Source: a virus (taxonomy: Duplodnaviria > Caudoviricetes). Taken from it: a DNA stretch of 50,300 bases. A program made the position numbers and the translations under genes. Shown piece after piece: positions 28,255 through 37,553 of this stretch. The notes beneath the pieces were generated by a model that was not told the origin of the DNA, did no database searches, and worked only from the letters and a program-made list of their open reading frames with translations. Within the stretch, counting starts at the first letter, position 1, and each line of letters starts with the position of its first letter. Location of the stretch: positions 1 through 50,300 of the IMG/VR virus record IMGVR_UViG_3300050190_000122; one strand, 5' to 3'.

Positions 28255-29640
28255 TCATTTTGGCACCACCACGGGCGCTATAGGAGGATTCAATAAACCC
28301 GCGCCTATATTATTAGCTTTTGCCTCTTCTTTGGCTTTCTTGACCTCATTTTGTGGGTTGTCAACGAAGCTGAACAGGCTTAATGCTGTTTCCGTACTTA
28401 ACCGATCACCCAGGGCGGTAACAACCGTGGAATTTGTGACATCGTCGCTGGGAATGTTAGGTGTGAAAATAGCTTTAATGTCTCGGTAATCGTAAGAAGC
28501 TGATTTTATACTGTTCACATAGATCAGTAACATTTCAAGTCGTGTTTGCACGCAATTCGCTAGAGCCTTTTGATTCAGCTTACATTTTTCTTCCAAAGAA
28601 ATAAGCCTAGCCCTTAAGGCCAGACTTGAAGTATTAGAGCTCATTTTCTCATTGGAATTTATGTGGCAAGCGATCTGGAACATCTTGTCTTCCAAAGTTG
28701 TTAATGTGTTCTGGATGAACGTGTCGTTGATCGTTTTAATGAGCCAAGATGCGGATCCATCCTTTGTTTTGGTCTGGATGACGCCCTTCCTCTTCATTTC
28801 CGGTAAGTCAGTTTCTTGGATTGCTAAGTTGTTTAAGACTAAGTAAGCATTACGAAACTCGGTAATCTCGCTTGATATGTCGCTCAGATTCGTTTCATAA
28901 GCGTCTTGGAGCGTCTTAAGGTCTTTGTAGAGAGAATCTAGCCAGCCCTCTTCACTGGCAACCGCAATACCTACAGGAACACACCCAAACGGGTGAATCT
29001 TCCGGGATATCTCCGTAAATGTTTCATCGCAATGGATGATATCGGAATCGGTGTAAATGTCCACGTATTGCTTGGTATCATACCGTTCTCTGTAGATGTG
29101 CATAAAGAATATGACGTTGTCGCGATCATCAGTGTAAGCGATTCCATGTCTAGGGGAAATAACTCTGCTGCAGAACCGGCCTTTCGGATCGATGTAATAC
29201 AATTCATACGCGGTTGTATAAATGAGCATGTTCTTTGCTAGATTAGCGTCATGGTCTTTTTTCCAGTGTGCCAAGCTCAACCTTAGCAATTCAATGATCT
29301 TAGTGTCACCGCTGTGGCTTGTGTAAGTGATGTCGTTACCTACTGAATAACTGACTTCTTCCTTTGTGAATTTTTTGATGAAGTTAGTCGCTATTTTTCT
29401 ATTTGATCTGTCGTTAATATAGTTATAATTCCCCGCGCCTTCTGCGTCTAGGTTATACTCGTTTATGAAAATATCATCATACGATCCATTAGTCGATAGC
29501 CCCATACCATTACAATTGGCATCAGTCATGCCCATGTAATAGAGATACATCTTAAGATAGATGTGATATTGAAGTTGGAAATTAGCAAATACTTTTGTTA
29601 ATAGTTCTTTTTGTTCATTAACGTCAAAAATAGTGATCAC
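28255..29640 (-). CDS. Portal protein, SPP1 gp6-like
   Basis: TNFIKKF...YSVGN...HPFGCVPV...FRNAYL...FTPNIP. The start may be ATT at 29631. Confidence 0.92.
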   Translation of the reverse strand: MITIFDVNEQKELLTKVFANFQLQYHIYLKMYLYYMGMTDANCNGMGLSTNGSYDDIFINEYNLDAEGAGNYNYINDRSNRKIATNFIKKFTKEEVSYSVGNDITYTSHSGDTKIIELLRLSLAHWKKDHDANLAKNMLIYTTAYELYYIDPKGRFCSRVISPRHGIAYTDDRDNVIFFMHIYRERYDTKQYVDIYTDSDIIHCDETFTEISRKIHPFGCVPVGIAVASEEGWLDSLYKDLKTLQDAYETNLSDISSEITEFRNAYLVLNNLAIQETDLPEMKRKGVIQTKTKDGSASWLIKTINDTFIQNTLTTLEDKMFQIACHINSNEKMSSNTSSLALRARLISLEEKCKLNQKALANCVQTRLEMLLIYVNSIKSASYDYRDIKAIFTPNIPSDDVTNSTVVTALGDRLSTETALSLFSFVDNPQNEVKKAKEEAKANNIGAGLLNPPIAPVVVPK

Positions 29641-31403
29641 CTCCCAAATAACTTATTACGATCTATAAATTCAACCTTGTATATAACCTCGATCTCTTTA
29701 ACGTCGATCGTAAATTGGGAAACAACGTCCGGCGCATCATCATGTTCACTAAAATCCTGACCACTGAAATCCTTGACTTGATCGTTGAACGCGATGTCTT
29801 CCTCGTTGAATATTACCTGACCCATATTGACGCCCTGAATGATCGTGGAAATTTTCTCGTCCTTATTTGTACGTTGCATTTTGTTGATGAACTCTATTTG
29901 TCTGTTTTTCAGTTCCGGTTCTTTCAACATCAGCTCTTTTATCTTGCTGACATCGGCTCCGGAGTAATGATTTTTTTCCACCGAAACATGGGTTATGTCC
30001 GGATACATCAACAACAACTTAACAACCTTCAAACAGAAGTCATCATAGCTAAGTTTGGCTAATATTCCTTTTCTCACGTAGGCAAAGTCATTAGAAGCTA
30101 TTGAGCCAACGCACAGTGCACTATAATCGGACTTAATAGCAATGCTAGAAGCCGGGTCACAAACGAGCATCGTCTTTTCCCAGGTATGCTCTTCTATCTC
30201 CTTGGCTGTCTGGGTCCTCATGGACTTAAACCATTTCTCCCCAATCTTACTGGCATCATTCTGCATCTCTTGAGCAAAGGCAATGGGGTTATTATAATAA
30301 TCAATCGCCAGATCAAGGCAATCATACTTATCATCCCAAATTGTAGGGTAGTGCATGGCCTTCTCGTTTTGGTAATAGAATTCTTTTGCATCAGCTACGG
30401 GATCTTGCCTTTTGTCGTCAAAATATATTGTTTTGAACTGCTTCCACAGCGGACCCTCATTAAAATACTCACTGACATCAAAATCAAGTGCCCTTTTTAA
30501 GATATGCTTATATCCCCGGTCCTTAAGTAGCTGAGACATGAAGCATGCCTTGTGTAAGATCGTTCCGATGACGATGAACTTCGTCGCGGCCTTGATCTTC
30601 ACGCCTTTACGGAATACCGCTTTATCCCCAGCATAAGCACTGTCCTCTGCCCAGGTATCATATTTCTTTTTACGGCTGGCCTCAGTGATGATGTCCGCCC
30701 TGGACTGATAATCATCTGCAATAATGCAGGACGGTCTACTATCCCCATATTTCTTACCACGCATAGAACTCGTGGATGCTATAGCCTGAATCTTTGTTTT
30801 GTTTGTGAGCTCGAGCTCCAACTTATTGACCGTGAAGTCATTAGGCCTGATCAGCCTCCCGAAAGCCGCGATGATGTATTGATTTTCCTCGAATGCCTGG
30901 CGAGTCTGGCTTATAAATGCTACTGAGTCGCCTTCTGTCTTTCCTGCCACTAACGTGTATTTGCTTTTCTTGTAAGCGTGGCTCCACACTGATAAAGCGA
31001 AGTCAAGGAAAGTTGTTTTTGCACTCCCCCGTGGAAGGCAGGCTTCCAATTTGTCATATGCGTCCTGGATAAACATCTGGTCTAGCTCTTCCCATATCTC
31101 GATGTGAACAGGAGCAAGCTCCCGGGCGGCGTTATCTGGTTTAGGGACAAAAGTGTCTTGGAGGAAGTACTTACAAAAAAATGGGATGCTCAACGCGCCG
31201 ATGCTGTGCGCTAATCCCTCAAGACCGAAGAGGTTACTAATATTTTTTAAGATCAACGCCTCTGTTGAGGTCTCCGCTTCTTTGGGACTCGCGCCACTCC
31301 TGGTGAACTGCTCGTATATTGCTTCGTACAAAAGCTGTCTGTTCTGTTCCTCTTCATCGTCAGTCGTTTCTAACCGTTGTTGAGGTCCTTGTGTTTTAGC
31401 CAT
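29637..31403 (-). CDS. terL: Terminase large subunit
   Basis: PRGSAKT, IIADD, IGT, CDPA, KSDYSA and HDDAPD motifs. Confidence 0.93.
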   Translation of the reverse strand: MAKTQGPQQRLETTDDEEEQNRQLLYEAIYEQFTRSGASPKEAETSTEALILKNISNLFGLEGLAHSIGALSIPFFCKYFLQDTFVPKPDNAARELAPVHIEIWEELDQMFIQDAYDKLEACLPRGSAKTTFLDFALSVWSHAYKKSKYTLVAGKTEGDSVAFISQTRQAFEENQYIIAAFGRLIRPNDFTVNKLELELTNKTKIQAIASTSSMRGKKYGDSRPSCIIADDYQSRADIITEASRKKKYDTWAEDSAYAGDKAVFRKGVKIKAATKFIVIGTILHKACFMSQLLKDRGYKHILKRALDFDVSEYFNEGPLWKQFKTIYFDDKRQDPVADAKEFYYQNEKAMHYPTIWDDKYDCLDLAIDYYNNPIAFAQEMQNDASKIGEKWFKSMRTQTAKEIEEHTWEKTMLVCDPASSIAIKSDYSALCVGSIASNDFAYVRKGILAKLSYDDFCLKVVKLLLMYPDITHVSVEKNHYSGADVSKIKELMLKEPELKNRQIEFINKMQRTNKDEKISTIIQGVNMGQVIFNEEDIAFNDQVKDFSGQDFSEHDDAPDVVSQFTIDVKEIEVIYKVEFIDRNKLFGR

Positions 31404-31544
31404 CTAGCCACACCGAGGAGGACGGTAGAGGCTTGCGGTACATGCCATACCGCTGGGTGTCGTTTTAATGAATACATCCTCGAAGTATTGCCTGATTCTT
31501 TTATACTCTTTCCAGGCCCTCTTTTTCTTTGCTCGACTAGCCAT
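31404..31544 (-). CDS. 46-aa basic hypothetical protein (not in the ORF track)
   Basis: SD GAGGAG, MASRAKKKRAWKEY..., and a TAG that abuts the terL ATG. Confidence 0.55.
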   Translation of the reverse strand: MASRAKKKRAWKEYKRIRQYFEDVFIKTTPSGMACTASLYRPPRCG

Positions 31545-31561
31545 ACAGTCAACTCCTCATT

Positions 31562-31681
31562 TCACTTATTAATTAGTGGAATAGCAGGTATAACCCCATG
31601 CGCTAAATGATTCACCATATGCAATAACGAATATCCAGAACATTTAATATTTAATCCTAAATGACTAAGGTATTCTTTCAT
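31562..31681 (-). CDS. 39-aa hypothetical protein (not in the ORF track)
   Basis: SD AGGAGG, MKEYLSHLGL...HLAHGVIP. Confidence 0.5.
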   Translation of the reverse strand: MKEYLSHLGLNIKCSGYSLLHMVNHLAHGVIPAIPLINK

Positions 31682-31691
31682 GTTTATCCTC

Positions 31692-31934
31692 CTAACAATT
31701 GTTCCTGGCTAAATGAAGACTACTAGGCTTACGTTTGCCGGGAGTTGGCTTACAGCAAACAAAAGGCGAATGCACGATGGCTACTTTATACGTCTCTGTA
31801 ATCTTCCTGACCAGCTCGTTGTAGCTCTTAATAAATAGTTCGAAAGCCTTCATGCTTTCCCTAAACTTTTCAGACCGTATAAGCCGTTCCACAGCATCTT
31901 TGTATTCATCGTAATAATTACTGATCAATGACAT
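31692..31934 (-). CDS. Hypothetical phage protein
   Basis: ORF with SD AAGGAG in a gene-dense run. Confidence 0.5.
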   Translation of the reverse strand: MSLISNYYDEYKDAVERLIRSEKFRESMKAFELFIKSYNELVRKITETYKVAIVHSPFVCCKPTPGKRKPSSLHLARNNC

Positions 31935-31944
31935 GCACTCCTTT

Positions 31945-32223
31945 TTATCCGAGGCCAAGTAAGTCCTTTTCAATATCCTCGAAGCTACCCCCGTAAGTAA
32001 ACCCGATGATTTTTATTCCATTGAACGACTTTAGAACCAAATTCTCATCATACGCCTTTTCGTAATATGCAAACTTAGTGTCGAAGTTAGCATTCTTGTT
32101 TATGATAACTTCAGGTTGCGGGAAGCCCCTCATCTCGATCAGAACCCCAACGTACTTTCTGTCCTGTGTGCCGGCCTCATAGAAGCACTTTTGCAAATTG
32201 TTAATAGTTAATTTTTGCGACAT
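31945..32223 (-). CDS. Conserved-type phage hypothetical protein
   Basis: YVGVLIEM.G..QPEVIIN..NFD.K..YY..AYDENL pattern. Confidence 0.7.
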   Translation of the reverse strand: MSQKLTINNLQKCFYEAGTQDRKYVGVLIEMRGFPQPEVIINKNANFDTKFAYYEKAYDENLVLKSFNGIKIIGFTYGGSFEDIEKDLLGLG

Positions 32224-32240
32224 TATTCTTTCACTCCTTC

Positions 32241-32783
32241 TCATTTCACTTTCTCGCTCGACGCAGCATACTCTTCTCGAACCCAACGAGGAAGAACCTC
32301 GTCAAGTTGTTTTCTAAAGATCAGATATAAGTTAAGTGATATCCGGTTAGATCCGAAGAAGTAGATCGGGTTAACATAATACTGAGTGGTCTTCTCCCCA
32401 CCCAGCAAGACGGTTACCTTGGCGATCATGCTAACCTTGATCATGCTCCGCACAAAGTCTCTGGCCTGATATGCTTTCAGTCCGACAAGCACACCGATCT
32501 GCTCATCGGTATAAGCCTTAACCCCACCACTACCCCGATACCCTAGCATGTTAGTGTTAGACCACATATGCTTTGCGAGTGTCGCCATCTGCCCACGTTC
32601 CTTCATGGTCATGCTCTCCGGAAAGTCTACCTCGACGAAGGACTTAGCAAAGTTCTTACGAGCCCAAAACAAATAACCTTTCTCGTCATGGAACGCGGCT
32701 GCTATGTGTTGAACCTTCTCACTCGTGATCTGTCCAGTATCCGGATTAATAATCTGAGTAACTTTTATGAGGCTATTGCTCAT
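32241..32783 (-). CDS. Winged-helix DNA-binding protein, RepL-like
   Basis: INPDTGQI N-terminus, an HTH-like core and YYVNPIYF motif. Confidence 0.55.
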   Translation of the reverse strand: MSNSLIKVTQIINPDTGQITSEKVQHIAAAFHDEKGYLFWARKNFAKSFVEVDFPESMTMKERGQMATLAKHMWSNTNMLGYRGSGGVKAYTDEQIGVLVGLKAYQARDFVRSMIKVSMIAKVTVLLGGEKTTQYYVNPIYFFGSNRISLNLYLIFRKQLDEVLPRWVREEYAASSEKVK

Positions 32784-33369
32784 GGAAACCGCGTTCCCTT
32801 CCAGTTGGTTTTTGTGCCAATTTAGACCCTCAAATCAGTCGAAAAACCAACGACCAAATATGCCCTAATCCCTTGGTACTAAAAGAGCATAGCGAATTAG
32901 CCATGTAAAGATACTAAAGTGTCTACGTTACAAGTCTGCACGGTTCCCTACCATTGGGCCTTTGAGGGGGCCAAAACTTTTCAGGAAATCAACTAAAAAA
33001 GTTTTTCAGGAAATTATGAAAACGATCGTTGCTGCGACCGCCACGCCCTGCGCCAGTTATAGAAAAGAAGGTGCCCCCTTGGTCGATTTGTAGTGGTTGG
33101 GTCCCATAATAGGTACTATGACAAGTGAAGTGCAAAAAGGTGCAACCCCTAGAACCCTAGGGAGAGTAGCGCTACAGGTAATCACCCTATATTATGCATA
33201 ATGGTAAAGTAAAGGTTATGCGTCGATGTCCACGACTAACGCACGAATTGTTTGTGATCGACAGACAACTCACACCCGAGTGGCGGTCAGCCGCTACAAT
33301 CCAGAAAGGTAGAAAGGTAGAAAGGTTGATATCCGGAATGGTTCATAACCAGACAGGAGCCAAGGTGTA

Positions 33370-33879
33370 TTAGATATCAATGACCTCTGGTTTGTTTAAT
33401 TGCCTGCATTGCTTAAAGGTATTCTGTATCTCCTCTAACATGGGTACCTTGACCTCAATCGTTTTCTCTACCTCATGCTTATCTCTCCACTCTAACTTCT
33501 TCCTGTTCTTCAACCAGAAGATCATTGACGTTGGATCAGCGAGCACCTCCTTGGTAACACGCTTGGTCTCGACCATCTCATAACCAACGATTGTTACATG
33601 ATCCCATTTGTCATAGATGGGCAATCTTTCAGTCGTTATCTCATCGTATCTATAGCCCTGTGTACGCTTGAACAGAGCGTTCTCAACCAATACGTCCGCT
33701 TCTTCTTTTCCCCTTTTTAAGACAGACAGGAAAGACGGATATCTTTTCTTATAATCCTTTAACGTTGTTGTGCTTATTCCCAAATTATGGGCAATATCTA
33801 TCTCTATGAGGCCATCTCTACACCAGGCCTCAACGAGCAATAATTTACTTTCTACCTGTGGCCATTTGCTTACTGCCAT
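33370..33879 (-). CDS. terS: Terminase small subunit
   Basis: WCRDGL..DIAHNLGISTTTL...LKRGKE..D..VENAL.KR..GY...IFWLKNR...WRDK. Confidence 0.85.
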   Translation of the reverse strand: MAVSKWPQVESKLLLVEAWCRDGLIEIDIAHNLGISTTTLKDYKKRYPSFLSVLKRGKEEADVLVENALFKRTQGYRYDEITTERLPIYDKWDHVTIVGYEMVETKRVTKEVLADPTSMIFWLKNRKKLEWRDKHEVEKTIEVKVPMLEEIQNTFKQCRQLNKPEVIDI

Positions 33880-33905
33880 ATGGGCCACCTCCTAACCTAG
33901 GAACT

Positions 33906-34016
33906 TTATTTAAGAGCACATTCCGGACACAATGCCCTCTCCTGATATGAGAAGTAGTTCTTTTTACAGATTGGGCATTGATAAAGAATTAGCCGGATTC
34001 TCATTTTCTTAGACAT
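33906..34016 (-). CDS. 36-aa zinc-ribbon peptide
   Basis: CPIC...CPEC, SD AAGGAG. Confidence 0.5.
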   Translation of the reverse strand: MSKKMRIRLILYQCPICKKNYFSYQERALCPECALK

Positions 34017-34074
34017 GATCTCACTCCTTTTTAGACAAAAGGAAAAGAGCCCTTTTGGCTCTTTAAAAAAGTAT

Positions 34075-34106
34075 CTCTCACTATTAGGTGGCAAACGTAT
34101 GACAAA
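34075..34106 (-). promoter_or_regulatory. Putative Xpf-dependent late promoter
   Basis: TTTGTCATACGTTTGCCACCTAATAGTG lies just after the xpf-like gene and resembles, from memory, the sequence following PBSX xpf. Confidence 0.5.
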
Positions 34107-34142
34107 ACAGTGTTTTTATTTTATGGGTACCTCTGGAGAGGG

Positions 34143-34664
34143 CTAAAACATCGCCGGTTGAACTGGCTTTTTGAACGTGATCCCGCTGTCGTTAATGTCC
34201 TCGACCATGTGATATATCTTATCCTCTGCCCTTTTGACTAATGTCTGGACTGTGGCTTTCTTGATGTCCATCAGCTCTGCCGTGTCTTGGAATGAGTATC
34301 CGCTACTCCTGACCAGCGTGTATGCCTCCCGCTCTTTTATACTGAGCACCTTTAAGACAATCCCTAAATCATCGATTGCCCTTTGGATCTCAATACTAAC
34401 CGCTGACGGCTGTGCCTGTGTGGCTATGGCCCGAACATATGCCACACTCCTGGGATCCATGGGAATTTCGCGTTTAAAATTGCTTTGTCTAGTTATTCCC
34501 CGTCTGGAATCAGGGTTTTTCCCCATCTCCATAAATCTGATCGAATAATCAAGGCTGTCGGCACAACTCGCGAGCAGGGATCTATCCTCTCTGGCGGTGG
34601 CCACTGTTCTCGCTTTATTGACACTACGTAAAGCAACACGATAATCTCTGACTAGCTTTATCAC
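34143..34664 (-). CDS. xpf: Xpf-like positive control factor (sigma-70 region 4), late gene activator
   Basis: LDYSIRFMEMGKNP..RRGI.R...DPR...LS.KEREAY...SF...AELM.IKKATVQT..KRA, similar to PBSX Xpf. Confidence 0.75.
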   Translation of the reverse strand: MIKLVRDYRVALRSVNKARTVATAREDRSLLASCADSLDYSIRFMEMGKNPDSRRGITRQSNFKREIPMDPRSVAYVRAIATQAQPSAVSIEIQRAIDDLGIVLKVLSIKEREAYTLVRSSGYSFQDTAELMDIKKATVQTLVKRAEDKIYHMVEDINDSGITFKKPVQPAMF

Positions 34665-34691
34665 TACTGGCCACCCCCGTTTAATTAGTTT

Positions 34692-35293
34692 CTAGTCCAT
34701 TCTTCCAGTTTGTTCAATCCATATTGCTAAGACAAAGGCGAAAATAGCGTCTGCCACGTTGTTACCCGCAAATGCAAGTACGCCGACCATTGCAAATACC
34801 AGACTTAACATTTCCCTCGCTTTAAGTAACACCAGTTACACCCCCTCTTCCATGGATCAATAGATCACCCAGTGCATTCAGTACTTTGAAGTTCCTGACA
34901 GGCCTACCGCTCTTTTGCTTAAATGCCTCGCATGTATATTTTCCATTGACCCGACGAGGCGCACAGCAGCTATAAACCTCACCGCCGAACTTTATATGTT
35001 TCATTTGCCGCCCCCGTCATCCACGATCGGCATTGACAGATAAATATCCCACAAGAATTTTAGTCGTTGCTTGATTTCGTTATCCGACATATTGCTTATA
35101 CCCATGAGTTCCACTCAGCATAGCAGTGCTTATATGTCTTGCATTCCGGATTGCAAGTAGACCCATCGGATGCCCAGGGGCATTTTAGCTCTGATTTCTT
35201 CGGCTTTGCCGTCGCAATCCAGATCACGACCAACACGATTATGATTGCTGTGGCAATTAGTCCGCCGGTTATAAGGGTTTCTGGATAATTCAT
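34692..35293 (-). other. Run of four small early-region ORFs (34692-34811, 34822-35004, ~35001-35090, 35096-35293)
   Basis: Closely packed ORFs with SD-like sites. Two contain TM segments. Confidence 0.5.
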
Positions 35294-35610
35294 ACATCTG
35301 CCTCCTTGTTATTTATTCGCTCCCACAGATCGGCTAACCGCAGCAAATTCCCATTAAGTCTAGACATCTTTTGAGATTTCACGGCGTCCACCTCATAAGT
35401 TCCGATGCCAAGACCCATTTTCATTTGGTCAAGCATGCTCTCAACGTCAGCAATCTCCTCAGTGATGTGCTCGAGGTTATCCTCGGCGAGGATATGCTTG
35501 CAAAGTTCTTTCTGCAGCTCAGATAACTCTTCCACGCACTTGACCATTTGCTTTTCGATTCCGTATCCCTTCAATGCCAGTTTATATACCGCATGTTCTT
35601 GTGCTGTCAT
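35290..35610 (-). CDS. MazG-like nucleotide pyrophosphohydrolase
   Basis: YG...Q..K.VEELSEL...ITEEIADV. Confidence 0.8.
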   Translation of the reverse strand: MTAQEHAVYKLALKGYGIEKQMVKCVEELSELQKELCKHILAEDNLEHITEEIADVESMLDQMKMGLGIGTYEVDAVKSQKMSRLNGNLLRLADLWERINNKEADV

Positions 35611-36989
35611 GGTAAATCACTCCTTACTTCTTCGATTCTTGCTTTCACAGCATCCATCAAGGCATCCTGACCGGCGGCTTTCTGTGCGATGGCTTCAACC
35701 ACGTCTGAATCGATGGTGCCTTCAGCCACAAGTTGCATAACTACGATTCGTCTCGTTTGCCCTTGCCTATGTACCCTAGCATTCGCCTGCTGGACCTCCT
35801 CCAATGACCACGACATATCTAGCCAAACAACCGTTTGACAACTTGACTCTTGAAGATTGAGTCCATGCCCTGCGCTCTTTGGGTGTAATAACAACAGAGG
35901 TATTTTATCGTTGTTCCAGTCCTCAATGTCCTGACTTCCGTCTTTTCCTTTTCTCAGGATCTTAGCCTGTGGGAATCGTGCTTGGATCCGGGATAATGAA
36001 TGCTTGAAGTTGTAAAATACCATGACCGGCTTACCATTTGCCCCCTCGATGATATCTTCCAGGGCATCTAGCTTCGCGTCATGAATCAGCTTTACCCCTC
36101 GTTCCTCGTCGTAGACAGCTCCGGAGGCCATCTGCAGTAGTTTGTTTGACAGTACAGCTGCAGTCACAGCGACGACATCAGCATCCAAGTATGGGAGTAA
36201 CATGTCTTTTTCCAGCTTTTTGTATAACCCCCTTGCCGAGTCAGTCAATTTTACAGGAACGACTTGATCTATTCTCTCAGGCAGCTCTAACCAATCCTCG
36301 GACTTCATGCTGACCGCAATATCTGAAATAGCCTCGTAGATCCGCTGCTCCGCCTCCTGCTTTTCCTTCCACTCGTAGACAACGTGTCCACTTCTGGCTC
36401 CGGCTGTAAAGTATCGGTCCCTGTAGCTGGTGATCGTCTTGCCAAGTCGTTGGCCTTGATCGAGTAGATAAATCTCTGGCCATATATCCATGAGGCCATT
36501 GGGTGCTGGCGTGCCGGTTAATCCGATGACCCTTTTCATCATGGGCCGGACCCGGCGTAACGCCCTGAATCGTTTGGACTGTCCATTTTTAAAACTGGAT
36601 AACTCATCGATCACGACGGTGTCAAAGTTCCAATCCGTCCCTAGCTCACCGACAAGCCATTCAACATTTTCTCTGTTAATCACCCAAATATCAGCATCTG
36701 CTTTCAAGGCTTTTCTTCGTGTGGCGGCGCTGCCTAGCACTTTGCTGATCCTAAGGTGCTGTAGATGGTCCCATTTCTCTGCCTCTCTTGCCCATGTGTC
36801 ATCTGCTACTCGCAAGGGTGCAATGACCAGGACTCGTGTTGCGTCATAATAGTCATTAAGCAGAAGGTCGATCGCGGTTAAGGTGCTCACAGTTTTACCA
36901 AGTCCCATCTCCAAAAGGAGGGCTATATAGTTTGTATCTAAGATACGTTGTGTCGCATACTCCTGATACTGATGCGGTATATATTTCAC
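35607..36989 (-). CDS. SNF2-family phage helicase
   Basis: EMGLGKT, DELS, LTGTP, HGLNLQ and QANARVHRQGQ motifs. Confidence 0.92.
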   Translation of the reverse strand: MKYIPHQYQEYATQRILDTNYIALLLEMGLGKTVSTLTAIDLLLNDYYDATRVLVIAPLRVADDTWAREAEKWDHLQHLRISKVLGSAATRRKALKADADIWVINRENVEWLVGELGTDWNFDTVVIDELSSFKNGQSKRFRALRRVRPMMKRVIGLTGTPAPNGLMDIWPEIYLLDQGQRLGKTITSYRDRYFTAGARSGHVVYEWKEKQEAEQRIYEAISDIAVSMKSEDWLELPERIDQVVPVKLTDSARGLYKKLEKDMLLPYLDADVVAVTAAVLSNKLLQMASGAVYDEERGVKLIHDAKLDALEDIIEGANGKPVMVFYNFKHSLSRIQARFPQAKILRKGKDGSQDIEDWNNDKIPLLLLHPKSAGHGLNLQESSCQTVVWLDMSWSLEEVQQANARVHRQGQTRRIVVMQLVAEGTIDSDVVEAIAQKAAGQDALMDAVKARIEEVRSDLP

Positions 36990-37276
36990 TCTCTACTCAC
37001 CTCGTTAATGAATCGGTCGATGTCTTCATGGGAGTCAAGTTTGTAAACTTTGTGTCCCATATTCCTCAGGATCTTTGCCCATCGAACTTGCAGGGGCTTC
37101 AGTTGTTTACCTGGTGCTTTCATCTCGACATATATTGTTCGTCCCCCAGGGAGAATTACTATCCGGTCCTGAACCCCATTGTTTCCGGGTGAAACCCACT
37201 TTGGGGCAAGCCCCCCAATCCGTTTGACTTCCTTCACCAACCGACTTTCTAGTGCCGACTCTCGCAAGTAGCTCAC
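36986..37276 (-). CDS. VRR-NUC domain nuclease
   Basis: E..LE...KWVSPG..GVQDRI...VEMKAPG...PLQ. Confidence 0.9.
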   Translation of the reverse strand: MSYLRESALESRLVKEVKRIGGLAPKWVSPGNNGVQDRIVILPGGRTIYVEMKAPGKQLKPLQVRWAKILRNMGHKVYKLDSHEDIDRFINEVSRE

Positions 37277-37399
37277 TTCTTTCTCGATTGTTGCTGATGT
37301 GCCTCACACACACGTGATGTGGCGAAATACGCGTTAGCATAGGGGCTATATTTATACGTGTTTTAATACCTCTATGCTATCTACTAATTATCTTTAATA

Positions 37400-37550
37400 G
37401 AGATTTCACAGCAACATTAGCAACAAAGATGTTCAAGCACTTGGCATTACTAGGTTTTTCGTGTTGCCTAATTGCCTTTTTTCTTGGCAACTTCACCGCA
37501 ACATTAGCAACTTTTCGTGTTGCCCTAGTTGCTACATGATTGCAGTGAAG
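37400..37550. repeat. GCAAC/GTTGC iteron cluster, putative phage replication origin
   Basis: GCAACATTAGCAAC at 37411 and 37498, TTTTCGTGTTGCC at 37456 and 37512, beside an AT-rich tract and just downstream of the primase-helicase. Confidence 0.6.
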
Positions 37551-37553
37551 TTG

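Noticed and set aside
31370-31552. 60-aa ORF from the ORF track
   Set aside because: A different frame (31404-31544) has the better-spaced SD and abuts terL.
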